Assembly: GCA_022707005.1 (NCBI GenBank)
Contig: JAKJBL010000001.1
Span: 9,454 to 70,217, forward strand
From: Bacillota bacterium
Lineage (GTDB): Bacteria; Bacillota; Clostridia; Christensenellales; CAG-138
Reading direction: 5' to 3'
DNA: 60,764 nt
This document shows positions 27,998 to 36,990 of this stretch, piece by piece. Numbering within the stretch: position 1 is the stretch's first letter; each line of letters opens with the position of its first letter. The translations under genes were made by a program, and so were the position numbers. The notes beneath the pieces were generated by a model. That model worked only from the letters and a program-made list of their open reading frames with translations. It made no database searches and had not been told where the DNA came from.

Positions 27998-28267
27998 AAT
28001 TCTGTTTATTAGGCAGATTACTTAGTTAAAAACCGTTTTTATTCAAAAGCTGCACTTCTTTTTCAATAATCTAAATATAAGCACGCCTGCATTTACGCGT
28101 ATTCAAGCAAAGCCGCCTGCTTAGCAGTTTAGGTTCACGAAAATGTACCATTAGTGCAAAGCCATGAGTTTACCTTTGACACGCCGTATAATAGAATAGT
28201 AATAGAAAGCAAGGGCTTATGCGCTATTGCTCCGAATCCGTCCAAGAGAAAGAGCAGGTATAAAAAA

Positions 28268-30646
28268 ATGAAAAGTTCAAACACATCAATAAACAAAATA
28301 AGCGAGCTTATGCAAAGCGAAAGAATAAGCGGCTTAAGAGCAAAGCTCTTTTTAGAGGAGCGCTATGCTTCAATAGAGCAGGCGCATATAGTAACCGAAG
28401 TATATAAGCAAAACCCGGGGCTGCCTGTAAACATACTCAGAGCAAAGGCGCTTAAAGCTGCGTTATTAGGTATGCAAATCCGCATAGACCAGGGCGAGCT
28501 TATTGTAGGCAACCGAACCGCAGGCATACGCGGCGGCGTCATTTTCCCCGAATCGGGCTTAAGCTGGGTGGATAATGAAATCGAAAACCTAAAGACCCGC
28601 CCGCAGGATAAGTTCGGTGTGCGTGCTGAGGATATTAAAGAATTCAGAGAAGAAATTCTTCCCTTCTGGAAGGGGCGTACGCTTGAAGACGTGCTTGACG
28701 AGCGCATTGGCGATGAAATGCGCCTGATAGGGAAGGTCGCAAAAATCAACCAGACTGACCATGCGCAGGGGCATATCTGCCCTGATACTAAGCTGTGGCT
28801 TAAAGAAGGGCCAAGCGGCATTTTGAAAAACGCAAAAGCGCATATAGCAGCAGCAAGCGGCGAACAGGCGCAGTTTTACGAGGGCATTGTGATTGCAATG
28901 GAAGGCGCGAGCGCCTTTATGAACAGATACGCTGAGCTTGCGTTCAGCTTAAAAGATTCGCCGGGCTATAAAGCTGAAGAAATGCTTGAGCTTTCGCGCA
29001 TTTGCGCAAAGCTTGCAAAAGAGCCGCCCGAAACCTTCCATGAGGCTGTGCAGTCTGCTTGGTTCCTCTATGTGCTTTTGCACATGGAGTCAAACGCCTC
29101 CTCGTTTTCGCCGGGGCGGATGGATCAGTACTTATACCCCTTTTACGAAAAAGACAAAAACGCGGGCAGGCTGAGCCTTGATAAAGCGCTTGAGCTTGTT
29201 CAATGCCTCTTTATAAAATTCAACCATATAGTTTATCTGCGAAGCTCAGGGAGCGCCCGCTATTTTGCAGGGTTCCCCATTGGCTTTAATGTTGCGCTCG
29301 GCGGGGTGAACAAGCAGGGTGAAGACGCCTCAAATGAGCTTAGCTATCTTTTCCTGCGCGCACAGGAGCATCTTGGGCTCCCGCAGCCAAACCTTTCCGC
29401 AAGGGTGCATAAGGACTCGCCCGAATACTTTTTATATAGATGCAGCCAGGTAATAGGCAGGGGGAGCGGGATGCCCCAGCTCTTTAATGACGAGGCAGTC
29501 ATACCTGCGCTCATTAACAGAGGCATAAGCAAAGAAGATGCGCTTAACTACGCAATAGTCGGCTGCGTTGAGCTTACCACAATGGGCAACAGCCTTGGCT
29601 GGAGCGACGCTGCAATGTTCAACATGGTCAAGGCGCTTGAGCTTGCGCTAAATGACGGAGTATGCCTATTAAGCGGCAAGCAGATGGGCGCAAAGACCGG
29701 CACACTTGCGGAGTTTAAAACTTATGAAGACGTTGAAGCTGCCTTAATGAAGCAAATCGACTTCTTTTTCAGCCGCATGATAAGCTGCTGCGAAATAGTT
29801 GAAAAAGCACATGCGGAACTTCTGCCTTCGCCTTTGCTCTCCTCAGTTATTCAAGGCTGCATGGAAAAGGGGCTTGATGTAACTGCAGGCGGCGCTGTTT
29901 ATAATCTTTCCGGTATACAGGCAATTCAATGCGCAAACATTGAAGACAGTTTGGCTGCCCTAAAAACGCTCGTCTTCGAGCAAAAGCGGTTTTCGCCGCA
30001 GGCTGTGCATGCTGCACTTGTCAATAACTTTGAAGGCGAGGAGCTTATGCGCCTTACGCTTTTAAATAAGGCGCCAAAGTATGGCAATGATGTAGAGTGG
30101 GTTGATAATATCGCAAACAAGTGGATTGGCATTTTTTCTAAAAAACTTGAACAATATACGAACGCACGCGGCGGGATTTACCACGCAGGGCTTTATACGG
30201 TTTCCGCGCATGTGCCTATGGGGCAGAATGTGGGCGCAACGCCAGATGGCAGGAGCAGCCGCGAACCGCTTGCAGACGGCGGTATGTCCGCAGTGTACGG
30301 CAGAGATATGAAGGGCCCTACTGCGCTTTTAAAGTCGGTTTCGAGAGTTGACTCGCACTTTGGCAGCAATGGTACGCTTTTAAACATGAAGTTCCTGCCG
30401 GATTTATTCATGCATGAGGACGGGCTTAAGAAGTTCGTAAGCTTAATCCGTGCGTTTGTTGAGCTTAAGATAATACATGTGCAGTTTAATGTTGTTCGCC
30501 TTGAGGACCTTTTAAAGGCGCAGGAAAACCCTGAGCAATACAGAAGCCTAACGATAAGGGTTGCCGGGTATACAGCCTACTTTACGGAGCTTGCAAGAGA
30601 CCTCCAAAACGAGATTATTAAGCGCACAAGCTATGCAAGCCTATGA
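28268..30646 (+). CDS. Glycyl radical enzyme of the PFL2/dehydratase-lyase (1,2-eliminase) type; substrate unknown
   Basis: It carries the C-terminal glycyl radical motif TIRVAGYTAYF (Gly codon at 30566-30568) and the Cys loop IVGCVELT (a GCVE motif with the catalytic Glu seen in eliminating GREs). About 792 aa from the ATG at 28268; the ORF track starts at a GTG at 28154. Confidence 0.9.
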   Translation: MKSSNTSINKISELMQSERISGLRAKLFLEERYASIEQAHIVTEVYKQNPGLPVNILRAKALKAALLGMQIRIDQGELIVGNRTAGIRGGVIFPESGLSWVDNEIENLKTRPQDKFGVRAEDIKEFREEILPFWKGRTLEDVLDERIGDEMRLIGKVAKINQTDHAQGHICPDTKLWLKEGPSGILKNAKAHIAAASGEQAQFYEGIVIAMEGASAFMNRYAELAFSLKDSPGYKAEEMLELSRICAKLAKEPPETFHEAVQSAWFLYVLLHMESNASSFSPGRMDQYLYPFYEKDKNAGRLSLDKALELVQCLFIKFNHIVYLRSSGSARYFAGFPIGFNVALGGVNKQGEDASNELSYLFLRAQEHLGLPQPNLSARVHKDSPEYFLYRCSQVIGRGSGMPQLFNDEAVIPALINRGISKEDALNYAIVGCVELTTMGNSLGWSDAAMFNMVKALELALNDGVCLLSGKQMGAKTGTLAEFKTYEDVEAALMKQIDFFFSRMISCCEIVEKAHAELLPSPLLSSVIQGCMEKGLDVTAGGAVYNLSGIQAIQCANIEDSLAALKTLVFEQKRFSPQAVHAALVNNFEGEELMRLTLLNKAPKYGNDVEWVDNIANKWIGIFSKKLEQYTNARGGIYHAGLYTVSAHVPMGQNVGATPDGRSSREPLADGGMSAVYGRDMKGPTALLKSVSRVDSHFGSNGTLLNMKFLPDLFMHEDGLKKFVSLIRAFVELKIIHVQFNVVRLEDLLKAQENPEQYRSLTIRVAGYTAYFTELARDLQNEIIKRTSYASL

Positions 30647-31557
30647 ATACAGCCAATATCTTTGATATAAAGCGGTTTGGTACAAATGACGGTAGCGGCA
30701 TACGCACTGTTGTGTTTATTAAAGGCTGCCCTCTAAGCTGCCTTTGGTGCCATAACCCTGAAGGCCTTTTCAAAGAAAATAGAATCTGGTGCATGAACAA
30801 CCTTTGCATAGGGTGCGAAAGCTGCATTGCAGCATGCGAAGCTAAGGCTATAACCCGCCTCGAAAGGGGAGTGCGGGTTGACCATGACGTCTGCACGCAT
30901 TGCGGCGCGTGCCTCAATGTGTGCCCAACAGGCGCTTTGCGCGTTGACGGCATAAAAATGAGCGTTGCCGAGGTAATGGCTGAAATTGAAAAAGACAGAG
31001 TCTTTTACGGCAGGGAGGGCGGCGTAACTTTAAGCGGCGGAGAGTGCACAGCAGAGCCTGAGTTTTCGCTCGAGCTTCTTAAAGAATGCAAAAAGGCGGG
31101 CATTCATACTGCAATTGAAACCTGTTTATTTGCAAAGCCCGAAATAATGGCCGCTTTTATGGAGGCTGCCGATTTAATTCTTGCAGACCTTAAACTTTTT
31201 GACCCCAAGCTTCATAAAGAGGCGACAGGTGTTGACAATGCACTCATTCTTTCAAACTTTGAAATGCTCGCAAAAGGCGCAACGCCTGTTATAGTTAGAA
31301 TCCCGATGATTCCGGGCTATACTGCCTCTGTTTCAAATGTAAGCCAGATAGCCGAATTTGTGGCTTCAAAAAACCCGAAGATTCCGATAGAGCTTCTTAA
31401 TTATAACCCGCTTTGCGAAGGCAAATATTATGCTTTGGGCAAGGAATTTATAAACTGTACGGAGCCGTTTTCGCAGAAAGAAATGGAAGTTTTCGCTTGT
31501 GCTGCAAGAGCGCACGGGCTAAATGTAAGTTATGAAGGCATGAAGGAGCAAAAATGA
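30643..31557 (+). CDS. Glycyl radical enzyme activating enzyme (radical SAM, with two auxiliary 4Fe-4S motifs)
   Basis: CPLSCLWCHNPE (CX3CX2C), plus CIGCESCIAAC and CTHCGACLNVCP. An ATGA overlap joins it to the GRE stop. Confidence 0.9.
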   Translation: MNTANIFDIKRFGTNDGSGIRTVVFIKGCPLSCLWCHNPEGLFKENRIWCMNNLCIGCESCIAACEAKAITRLERGVRVDHDVCTHCGACLNVCPTGALRVDGIKMSVAEVMAEIEKDRVFYGREGGVTLSGGECTAEPEFSLELLKECKKAGIHTAIETCLFAKPEIMAAFMEAADLILADLKLFDPKLHKEATGVDNALILSNFEMLAKGATPVIVRIPMIPGYTASVSNVSQIAEFVASKNPKIPIELLNYNPLCEGKYYALGKEFINCTEPFSQKEMEVFACAARAHGLNVSYEGMKEQK

Positions 31558-33323
31558 GCACAATAAGCAGATTTTTAGAAATTTCGAATAAAGGCGGCAG
31601 CGTTTACATGCACGATGTAAAAGCCGCGTTTAATAAAGAGCACGAAAAGTTTACGCTTGTGCTGCATTTGCTAAACGGCAGCTTAAGGGTGTTTGATATT
31701 CCTATGCCTGAAGCTAAAACAAAAGAAGAAGAGCGTTTCCTGCAGGATTACTTTTACGGGCGCGTATATAATATCCTTTCAATGCTTGGCGGGGTTAAAA
31801 TGGATGTATACTGCGGGAGCAGTAAATACTTTAAAGACCTTGCAGAAGGGCTTTTAACAGCGTTTGGCGTTAATGACCCAAGGCTTAAGCGCGAAGGCTA
31901 TGCAAAATGCCTTAATGTGGCTGACAGAATGAACCTTGCCCTTGGCGCAGCGCAGTTTAGCTTTGAGCTTTTTGATGGCGCAGCAAATATAAAAGAACAG
32001 CCTGAAGAAATCTTTCTTACTGATGTTGTTTCCGGCTTTAAAAAGGCGGCAGATAGGGCAATGCACGGCCGCTTTACAGGTATAGATATAGGCGGCACGG
32101 ATATTAAGCTTGTAGGCGTAAATAACGGCAGGCTCGACCATATAAAAGAGTATGACTGGAACCCGTCCTCTTTTAAAACAATTGACTGTCTTACTTCTGT
32201 TGTGCTTTTGCTTGCGCGCATGAGCAGGGCGCTTTTAAGCCTGCCTATAGAGCTAAGCCAAGAAGCGCAAAAGCTTCGCAAGGCTGTGCTTGAAAAAGAC
32301 GAGCCTTTTGAGGCAATGCAAAGGGATGTTGTTCGACTTGAAACGCTTGCAGGCGAACTTAAAGGCGTTGACGGCATTGGCGTGAGCTTCCCTGATGTAG
32401 TTGTGCGCGATAGAATAGTTGGCGGCGAAACGCATAAAACAAAGGGCGTGCGCGAGCATTCTAAAGATTACGAAAGCGAATTTAAGTCGCTCACAGACCT
32501 TAACTGCAGCCTTAGTGAATACTGCAGCGCAAACGGCAAAGTGCATATTACAAATGACGGGCCAATGTCTGCATATACTGCAGCTGTTGAACTTGCGCAT
32601 TCTGATAAAGCTTTGTCTGTAAGCGCAGGGATGTTTGCGCATTCGCTTGGAACAGAGCTTGGCACAGGCTGGGTTGATGAGGAGGGCAAAGTGCCCGAAT
32701 ACCCGCTTGAGGTATATAACTGCATAATAGATTTAGGCAACGCGCCTGCAGCAGGCTACGAAGCAGCTGATGTCAGGAGCTTGAACAACTTTAACACAGG
32801 GTTGGCAGGCACGCTTCAGCGCTTTACAGGTCAAAGCGGCGCTTTCCGTTTAGCTGAGGAATACTATAAATTAACAGCTCCCAATGAATATGCTGCGCTT
32901 TTTGAAAAGGGCTTTATAACAAAGACCGAAAAAGGGTTAATCGCCTCTATTGCGCCTGTTGATATGCGCAAGGCGTTTCTCGAACACCTTATGGCGCAGG
33001 CGGAGCAGGGAATGCCTGAAGCAATGGAGATTTTCCGCACTATCGGCAAATGCCTTGCTGCAACATGGCTTGAAACAGACGAGGTGCTTAGCCCTAAGTG
33101 CAAATCGAGAGTTTTATTCGGAAGGTTTGTGAAGAAGAACGCGGTTTTTGCGCTTATGAATGAAGGCGCAAAAGAGCTTTTGCCAAACTTAACTCTTTTA
33201 GCTGCTGATGAGAGCTTAGCATATACTAAGCTTATGTGTGAGCTTAGAGACAGCAAAGAATATACAGTAGCCCAGTTCGGGCAGGCAGTCGGCTCGGTTT
33301 ATTTTGCAGCTTCCATGCTTTAG
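31554..33323 (+). CDS. ASKHA-superfamily (sugar kinase/ROK-like) protein with an uncharacterised N-terminal extension of about 170 aa
   Basis: A GIDIGGTDIKLVGV phosphate-1 motif starts at about residue 175. Later DGPMSAYTAA and GTELGTGWV blocks fit actin-like ATPase folds. There is no ROK Cys zinc motif. An ATGA overlap joins it to the activase stop. Confidence 0.55.
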   Translation: MSTISRFLEISNKGGSVYMHDVKAAFNKEHEKFTLVLHLLNGSLRVFDIPMPEAKTKEEERFLQDYFYGRVYNILSMLGGVKMDVYCGSSKYFKDLAEGLLTAFGVNDPRLKREGYAKCLNVADRMNLALGAAQFSFELFDGAANIKEQPEEIFLTDVVSGFKKAADRAMHGRFTGIDIGGTDIKLVGVNNGRLDHIKEYDWNPSSFKTIDCLTSVVLLLARMSRALLSLPIELSQEAQKLRKAVLEKDEPFEAMQRDVVRLETLAGELKGVDGIGVSFPDVVVRDRIVGGETHKTKGVREHSKDYESEFKSLTDLNCSLSEYCSANGKVHITNDGPMSAYTAAVELAHSDKALSVSAGMFAHSLGTELGTGWVDEEGKVPEYPLEVYNCIIDLGNAPAAGYEAADVRSLNNFNTGLAGTLQRFTGQSGAFRLAEEYYKLTAPNEYAALFEKGFITKTEKGLIASIAPVDMRKAFLEHLMAQAEQGMPEAMEIFRTIGKCLAATWLETDEVLSPKCKSRVLFGRFVKKNAVFALMNEGAKELLPNLTLLAADESLAYTKLMCELRDSKEYTVAQFGQAVGSVYFAASML

Positions 33324-33333
33324 TGCATAACCT

Positions 33334-34167
33334 CTAAGTAGTATTCAAGCGGATTTCGCTGCCTGTAAAAAGGCGCAAAAGGCTATCGCCCATAACACCT
33401 TTAAGCGTATTATAAGCTTCTTCGCCTGTGCAATGGCCTGTATAGTAAACTGCGCCAGTGTTTTTTAGGTATTCGCCTACCTGGTTTATAAGCTCTTTGG
33501 GCTCGCTTTGCCCAAGCGATGGGTTGTAAAGATGAAAGCCTCCAAACACATAGTTTAAAGACCTGCCCTTAAGACCTATGAATGTATTAAGGATGTTTAC
33601 AATCCCTCTGTGGCTGCAGCCCGCAAAAAGGGTTGTGCATTCGCCTTCGCGGATAACGAGGTTTTGTTCATGCAGAAATATGTCTTCAACTGTTGTGTTT
33701 TCGTGCTCCATAAGTAAAGTCTTGTTTGCGTTTGAACAAAGCGCACTGCCCTCAACATTTGAAAACACCTCAATGCCCTCTGCAATAAAGAACCTGTCTG
33801 CTGTAAAAACGAGCCGCCTGTTCTCCTTAAGTTCAGCTTCAAGGCCTATATATTTAAGGCTTCCGTCAGGGCGCAAAGAATAATAGTTGTTAAACGCCTT
33901 ATGGTGAACGAAAACTTCCGCTTTTTTATTGTGCTTTAAAAATTCGCGCAAGCCGCCACCATGGTCATAATGCCCGTGTGAAATAACTAAAAAGTCGATA
34001 TCTTTAATATTAACGCCGAGTTTTTTCGCATTTTCGAGGAACAAGCCGCTTGCCCCTAAATCACATAAGAGCTTATACTTGCCTGTTTCTATATAAAGGC
34101 TTAGCCCGTGCTCAGTGTTGAAGCGGTTTGAAACTGCTGTGTTTTCAACTAAAGTTTTAACTACCAT
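33334..34167 (-). CDS. MBL-fold metallo-hydrolase (COG1237-like)
   Basis: LVISHGHYDHGGGL (an HxHxDH-type motif). 277 aa. It is the last gene of the NifX-like operon. Confidence 0.8.
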   Translation of the reverse strand: MVVKTLVENTAVSNRFNTEHGLSLYIETGKYKLLCDLGASGLFLENAKKLGVNIKDIDFLVISHGHYDHGGGLREFLKHNKKAEVFVHHKAFNNYYSLRPDGSLKYIGLEAELKENRRLVFTADRFFIAEGIEVFSNVEGSALCSNANKTLLMEHENTTVEDIFLHEQNLVIREGECTTLFAGCSHRGIVNILNTFIGLKGRSLNYVFGGFHLYNPSLGQSEPKELINQVGEYLKNTGAVYYTGHCTGEEAYNTLKGVMGDSLLRLFTGSEIRLNTT

Positions 34168-34183
34168 GAGATTCCTCCGGGTA

Positions 34184-35050
34184 TTAGCCTGAAGCCTTTA
34201 GGCTTTCAATAAGCTTTTTGAGCTTTTCCCACATGCGTTTTATTTCTGCTGCTGCTGCGCTTTGTGCAAATGAGGTTATAGGTTGAAGGCTGTTTATAGA
34301 GGCAATTACAGTTTCGTCAAATGGAATCTTTCCAATAACAGGGATATTCTCCGATAAAGCATATTCTTTAATTTGCTCTGTTAAATCCGGGTTAATGTCA
34401 TACTTGTTTATGCATAATGCTGTTTGTATGTTGAAATGTCTCGCTACACCTACGACCCGCTTTAAATCACTAATGCCTGAAATTGTCGGTTCTGTAACAA
34501 TAAGCGCAAGGTCCGCAGCAGTTATTGACGAAATTACAGGGCAGCCAATACCCGGAGAGCCGTCAAGAATGATAAGCTCATCGTCATTAGCTTGTGAGCG
34601 CGCATTTTTGCGCAGCTTTGTTATAAGCATGCCTGAGCCGTCGCTGCCCGAAGCCATCTTAGCGCGAAAAATCAGACCTTCGTGTGTTTTAGTCGTGTAA
34701 ATATCCGCGTCCTTTAGTTTTATAAGAGTGATTGCATCATTCGGGCAGGCAATAACGCAGGCGCCGCAGCCCTCGCAGCTTATTTCATCTACAACATGGT
34801 CCTTCATAGCGTCAAACCTGCATACGGCATCGCAAATACCGCAGCTTATGCAGCGGCTTTCATCAACCTTAGCCTTGCTTAACGCATAGAAGTCTTCTGT
34901 GTGAAGGTTGCGCCCCTTATAATAAAGCGAAAGGTTTGGTGCATCCACATCGCAATCCGCAATCAGGCGCGTACCGCTTAAAGCTTGAAGCGCTGCTGTA
35001 ATCATGGTTTTGCCTGTGCCGCCTTTGCCGCTTATTATAACTAATTCCAT
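34184..35050 (-). CDS. MinD/ParA-type P-loop ATPase with an inserted 2x[4Fe-4S] ferredoxin domain (COG1149-like)
   Basis: ISGKGGTGKT is followed by CISCGICDAVC and CEGCGACVIACP. Confidence 0.8.
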   Translation of the reverse strand: MELVIISGKGGTGKTMITAALQALSGTRLIADCDVDAPNLSLYYKGRNLHTEDFYALSKAKVDESRCISCGICDAVCRFDAMKDHVVDEISCEGCGACVIACPNDAITLIKLKDADIYTTKTHEGLIFRAKMASGSDGSGMLITKLRKNARSQANDDELIILDGSPGIGCPVISSITAADLALIVTEPTISGISDLKRVVGVARHFNIQTALCINKYDINPDLTEQIKEYALSENIPVIGKIPFDETVIASINSLQPITSFAQSAAAAEIKRMWEKLKKLIESLKASG

Positions 35051-35874
35051 GCAAATGCCTCCTTAAGCTGCTTAGATAGCGCCTCAAACGCCAGCTTGTA
35101 TTCTGGAAGCTCAAGCAGGAGCTTCCCTTTTGAATACGCGATTGCAGCTTCTTTGCTAAAGGGAATAACGCCTAAAAGGTTTATTCCGTTTTTGCCGCAA
35201 TACTCAGTAATGAGGCTGTCTTCGCCTCTGCTTTTATTTACGAGCGCTGCAAAAGGCAGCCCGACATGGTTAAGAAGCTCTACTGCGATTTCCATATCGT
35301 TAAGCCCAAATACGGTAGGCTCAGTAACTATGAGCGCTGCGTCTGCGTGGCGGAGCGTTGTAACCGCATTGCATGATGTACCCGGCGCGCAGTCGAGGAT
35401 TGCATCTTCAGAGCTTTTTAGTTGCTTTAGCAAATGCTTTATTACAGGCACAGCCATAGGTTCGCCTATATTGAGCACACCGCGGGCAGCAAATATGCCG
35501 TTCGACCTGCCCTTTTCAACAACGCCCACAGCCCTTTTGGCAAAGGTAATTGCGCCCTCGCTGCATGCAAGAGAGCAGGCATGGCAGCCATGGCAAAGTT
35601 CCTTAAAGAGCAGAATCTCCTTTTTTGTAGCTGCGAGCGCGTTGAACTGGCAGGCGGTCACGCAATCTTTGCACAATGTGCAGAGTGAATAGTCAACGCA
35701 AGGATAGTCAACAAGCGTTTCTTCAGCTGAAACAGCCATCGGGTTAAGGAATATAAAGCCGTTTGGCTCTTCCACATCGCAATCATAATAGGCACAGTTT
35801 AAAGTATACGCAAGATTTACTGCAAGCGTAGTTTTCCCAGTGCCTCCCTTGCCGCTTAAAATGCACAGCTTCAC
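35041..35874 (-). CDS. MinD/ParA-type P-loop ATPase with an inserted 2x[4Fe-4S] ferredoxin domain (a paralogue of the downstream gene)
   Basis: LSGKGGTGKTT is followed by CTLCKDCVTAC and CHGCHACSLAC. The GTG start overlaps the NifX-like stop (GTGA). Confidence 0.8.
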   Translation of the reverse strand: MKLCILSGKGGTGKTTLAVNLAYTLNCAYYDCDVEEPNGFIFLNPMAVSAEETLVDYPCVDYSLCTLCKDCVTACQFNALAATKKEILLFKELCHGCHACSLACSEGAITFAKRAVGVVEKGRSNGIFAARGVLNIGEPMAVPVIKHLLKQLKSSEDAILDCAPGTSCNAVTTLRHADAALIVTEPTVFGLNDMEIAVELLNHVGLPFAALVNKSRGEDSLITEYCGKNGINLLGVIPFSKEAAIAYSKGKLLLELPEYKLAFEALSKQLKEAFAWN

Positions 35875-36260
35875 TTATTCTCAAAGCCCCCTCTGAAGCC
35901 TTTTCGCATGCCTGCGTGCGCATCTCCCGCTTCGTCAAGCGGGCTGAGCCTGCCTGCTTTATAAAGCTCAACTGCTTCGCTCACCAGCACAGCTGAAGTG
36001 CGAAACGCCCTTATACCTGCACCTTTTAGCACATTATAGGCGTTTGGGCCTAAATTGCCCGTTAGAACAACCTCTGCGCCTAAGTCGATAATTTGCTGGG
36101 ATGCAGCGATTCCAGCGCCTCCGCTTGCGCTTTGCGCCTTGTTTTCAATAAATGTGTAAGTCTCGGTCTTTGGCTCATAAAGCGCAAAATACTCACACCT
36201 TCCAAAGCGCGGGTCGCTAAGAGCTGACTCTGTGTTGCCTGTGCTTGAAATTGCAATCAT
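35871..36260 (-). CDS. NifB/NifX/NafY-like 'dinitrogenase iron-molybdenum cofactor biosynthesis' domain protein
   Basis: 129 aa. MIAISSTGN...DPRFGRCEYFALYE...GAGIAASQQIIDLGAEVVLTGNLGPNAYNVLKGAGI is typical of the PF02579 family. Confidence 0.8.
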   Translation of the reverse strand: MIAISSTGNTESALSDPRFGRCEYFALYEPKTETYTFIENKAQSASGGAGIAASQQIIDLGAEVVLTGNLGPNAYNVLKGAGIRAFRTSAVLVSEAVELYKAGRLSPLDEAGDAHAGMRKGFRGGFENK

Positions 36261-36264
36261 TATA

Positions 36265-36636
36265 TTATTCCTCCTTTTGATTTTGCCATCTTCTGCCTCC
36301 GTGGCGATGCCTGTGGCAGCTGCCGCAGTTTTCTAACTGACCGTCACAAAGTATGTACTCCCCTCCGCCAATAAACAGCGCTTTGCCATTAACAAGCGCA
36401 TCTGACAGCTTTCTTCTTGCAGCATCGTATATGCCCTGCACTGTTGAGCGCGCTATGCCCATGCGCAAGGCGCATTCCTCCTGCGTGAGCCGTTCAAGGT
36501 CAATAAGGCGGATTGTCTCGTATTCGTCAATCGTCATGTTCACTGTTGGAAAAGCTTCAGGAACTGTGCCAAGCGGCCCGAAGCGGGCATTATTTGGCAG
36601 CGCGCAGACTCTTCTCCATTTTCTCGGTCGCGGCAT
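36265..36636 (-). CDS. DUF134 (UPF0251) predicted DNA-binding protein
   Basis: MPRPRKWRRVCALPNNARFGP...EYETIRLIDLERLTQEECALRMGIARSTVQGIYDAARRKL is the DUF134 signature with a sigma-70 region-4-like HTH. The tail is Cys/His-rich (CGSCHRHRH). Confidence 0.75.
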   Translation of the reverse strand: MPRPRKWRRVCALPNNARFGPLGTVPEAFPTVNMTIDEYETIRLIDLERLTQEECALRMGIARSTVQGIYDAARRKLSDALVNGKALFIGGGEYILCDGQLENCGSCHRHRHGGRRWQNQKEE

Positions 36637-36653
36637 ATTACCTCAACTTTCAT

Positions 36654-36686
36654 GCAAAAGCAGCAGGAAACTTCCTGCAGCTTTGC
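36654..36686 (-). other. Imperfect intercistronic hairpin between the DUF5320 and DUF134 genes
   Basis: GCAAAAGCAGCAGGA AACT TCCTGCAGCTTTGC has a 6-bp perfect core plus an extended stem with a mismatch and a bulge. There is no U-tract. Confidence 0.5.
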
Positions 36687-36694
36687 AATTAAAC

Positions 36695-36949
36695 TTATTG
36701 TTCACTAAGGCTTTTGTTTACAGCTTCCAAGCTTGCCTCAAGCCGCTTTTTATGCTCTAAAAGCCATTGTTTGTCTGCTTCTAAGCCAGGCGCATTTGCA
36801 TAAGCGTAAAACCCGCGGCCGCAGCCTGGTCTGCGCCTAAAGCCTGCTCCAAAACCACCATAGCCTGGCGCTGCACCCGCGCAGCCGCCAAAGCCTCTGC
36901 CTGTTAGGGGGCCAAAGCCCATAGGGCCAGTACCGTCACCTCTCGGCAT
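36695..36949 (-). CDS. DUF5320 small protein (Gly/Arg-rich N-terminus, C-terminal coiled coil)
   Basis: MPRGDGTGPMGFGPLTGRGFGGC... is the DUF5320 signature. I place the start at the ATG at 36949, 6 nt after GGAGGTG. The ORF track uses a GTG at 36958. Confidence 0.7.
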   Translation of the reverse strand: MPRGDGTGPMGFGPLTGRGFGGCAGAAPGYGGFGAGFRRRPGCGRGFYAYANAPGLEADKQWLLEHKKRLEASLEAVNKSLSEQ

Positions 36950-36990
36950 GATTAACACCTCCTTCAGTTTGTGGCATATACCATAAATGA

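Noticed and set aside
28154-28267. N-terminal extensions suggested by the ORF track for the GRE. The same applies to fhs 5359-5418, cysS 5579-5599, livM 12439-12531, DUF1846 48409-48522, the isomerase 26922-26966, mscL 57685-57735, tyrS 58640-58672 and others.
   Set aside because: The extensions lack an SD, overlap upstream genes or promoters, or add non-conserved residues ahead of canonical family N-termini. The internal starts have proper SD spacing.
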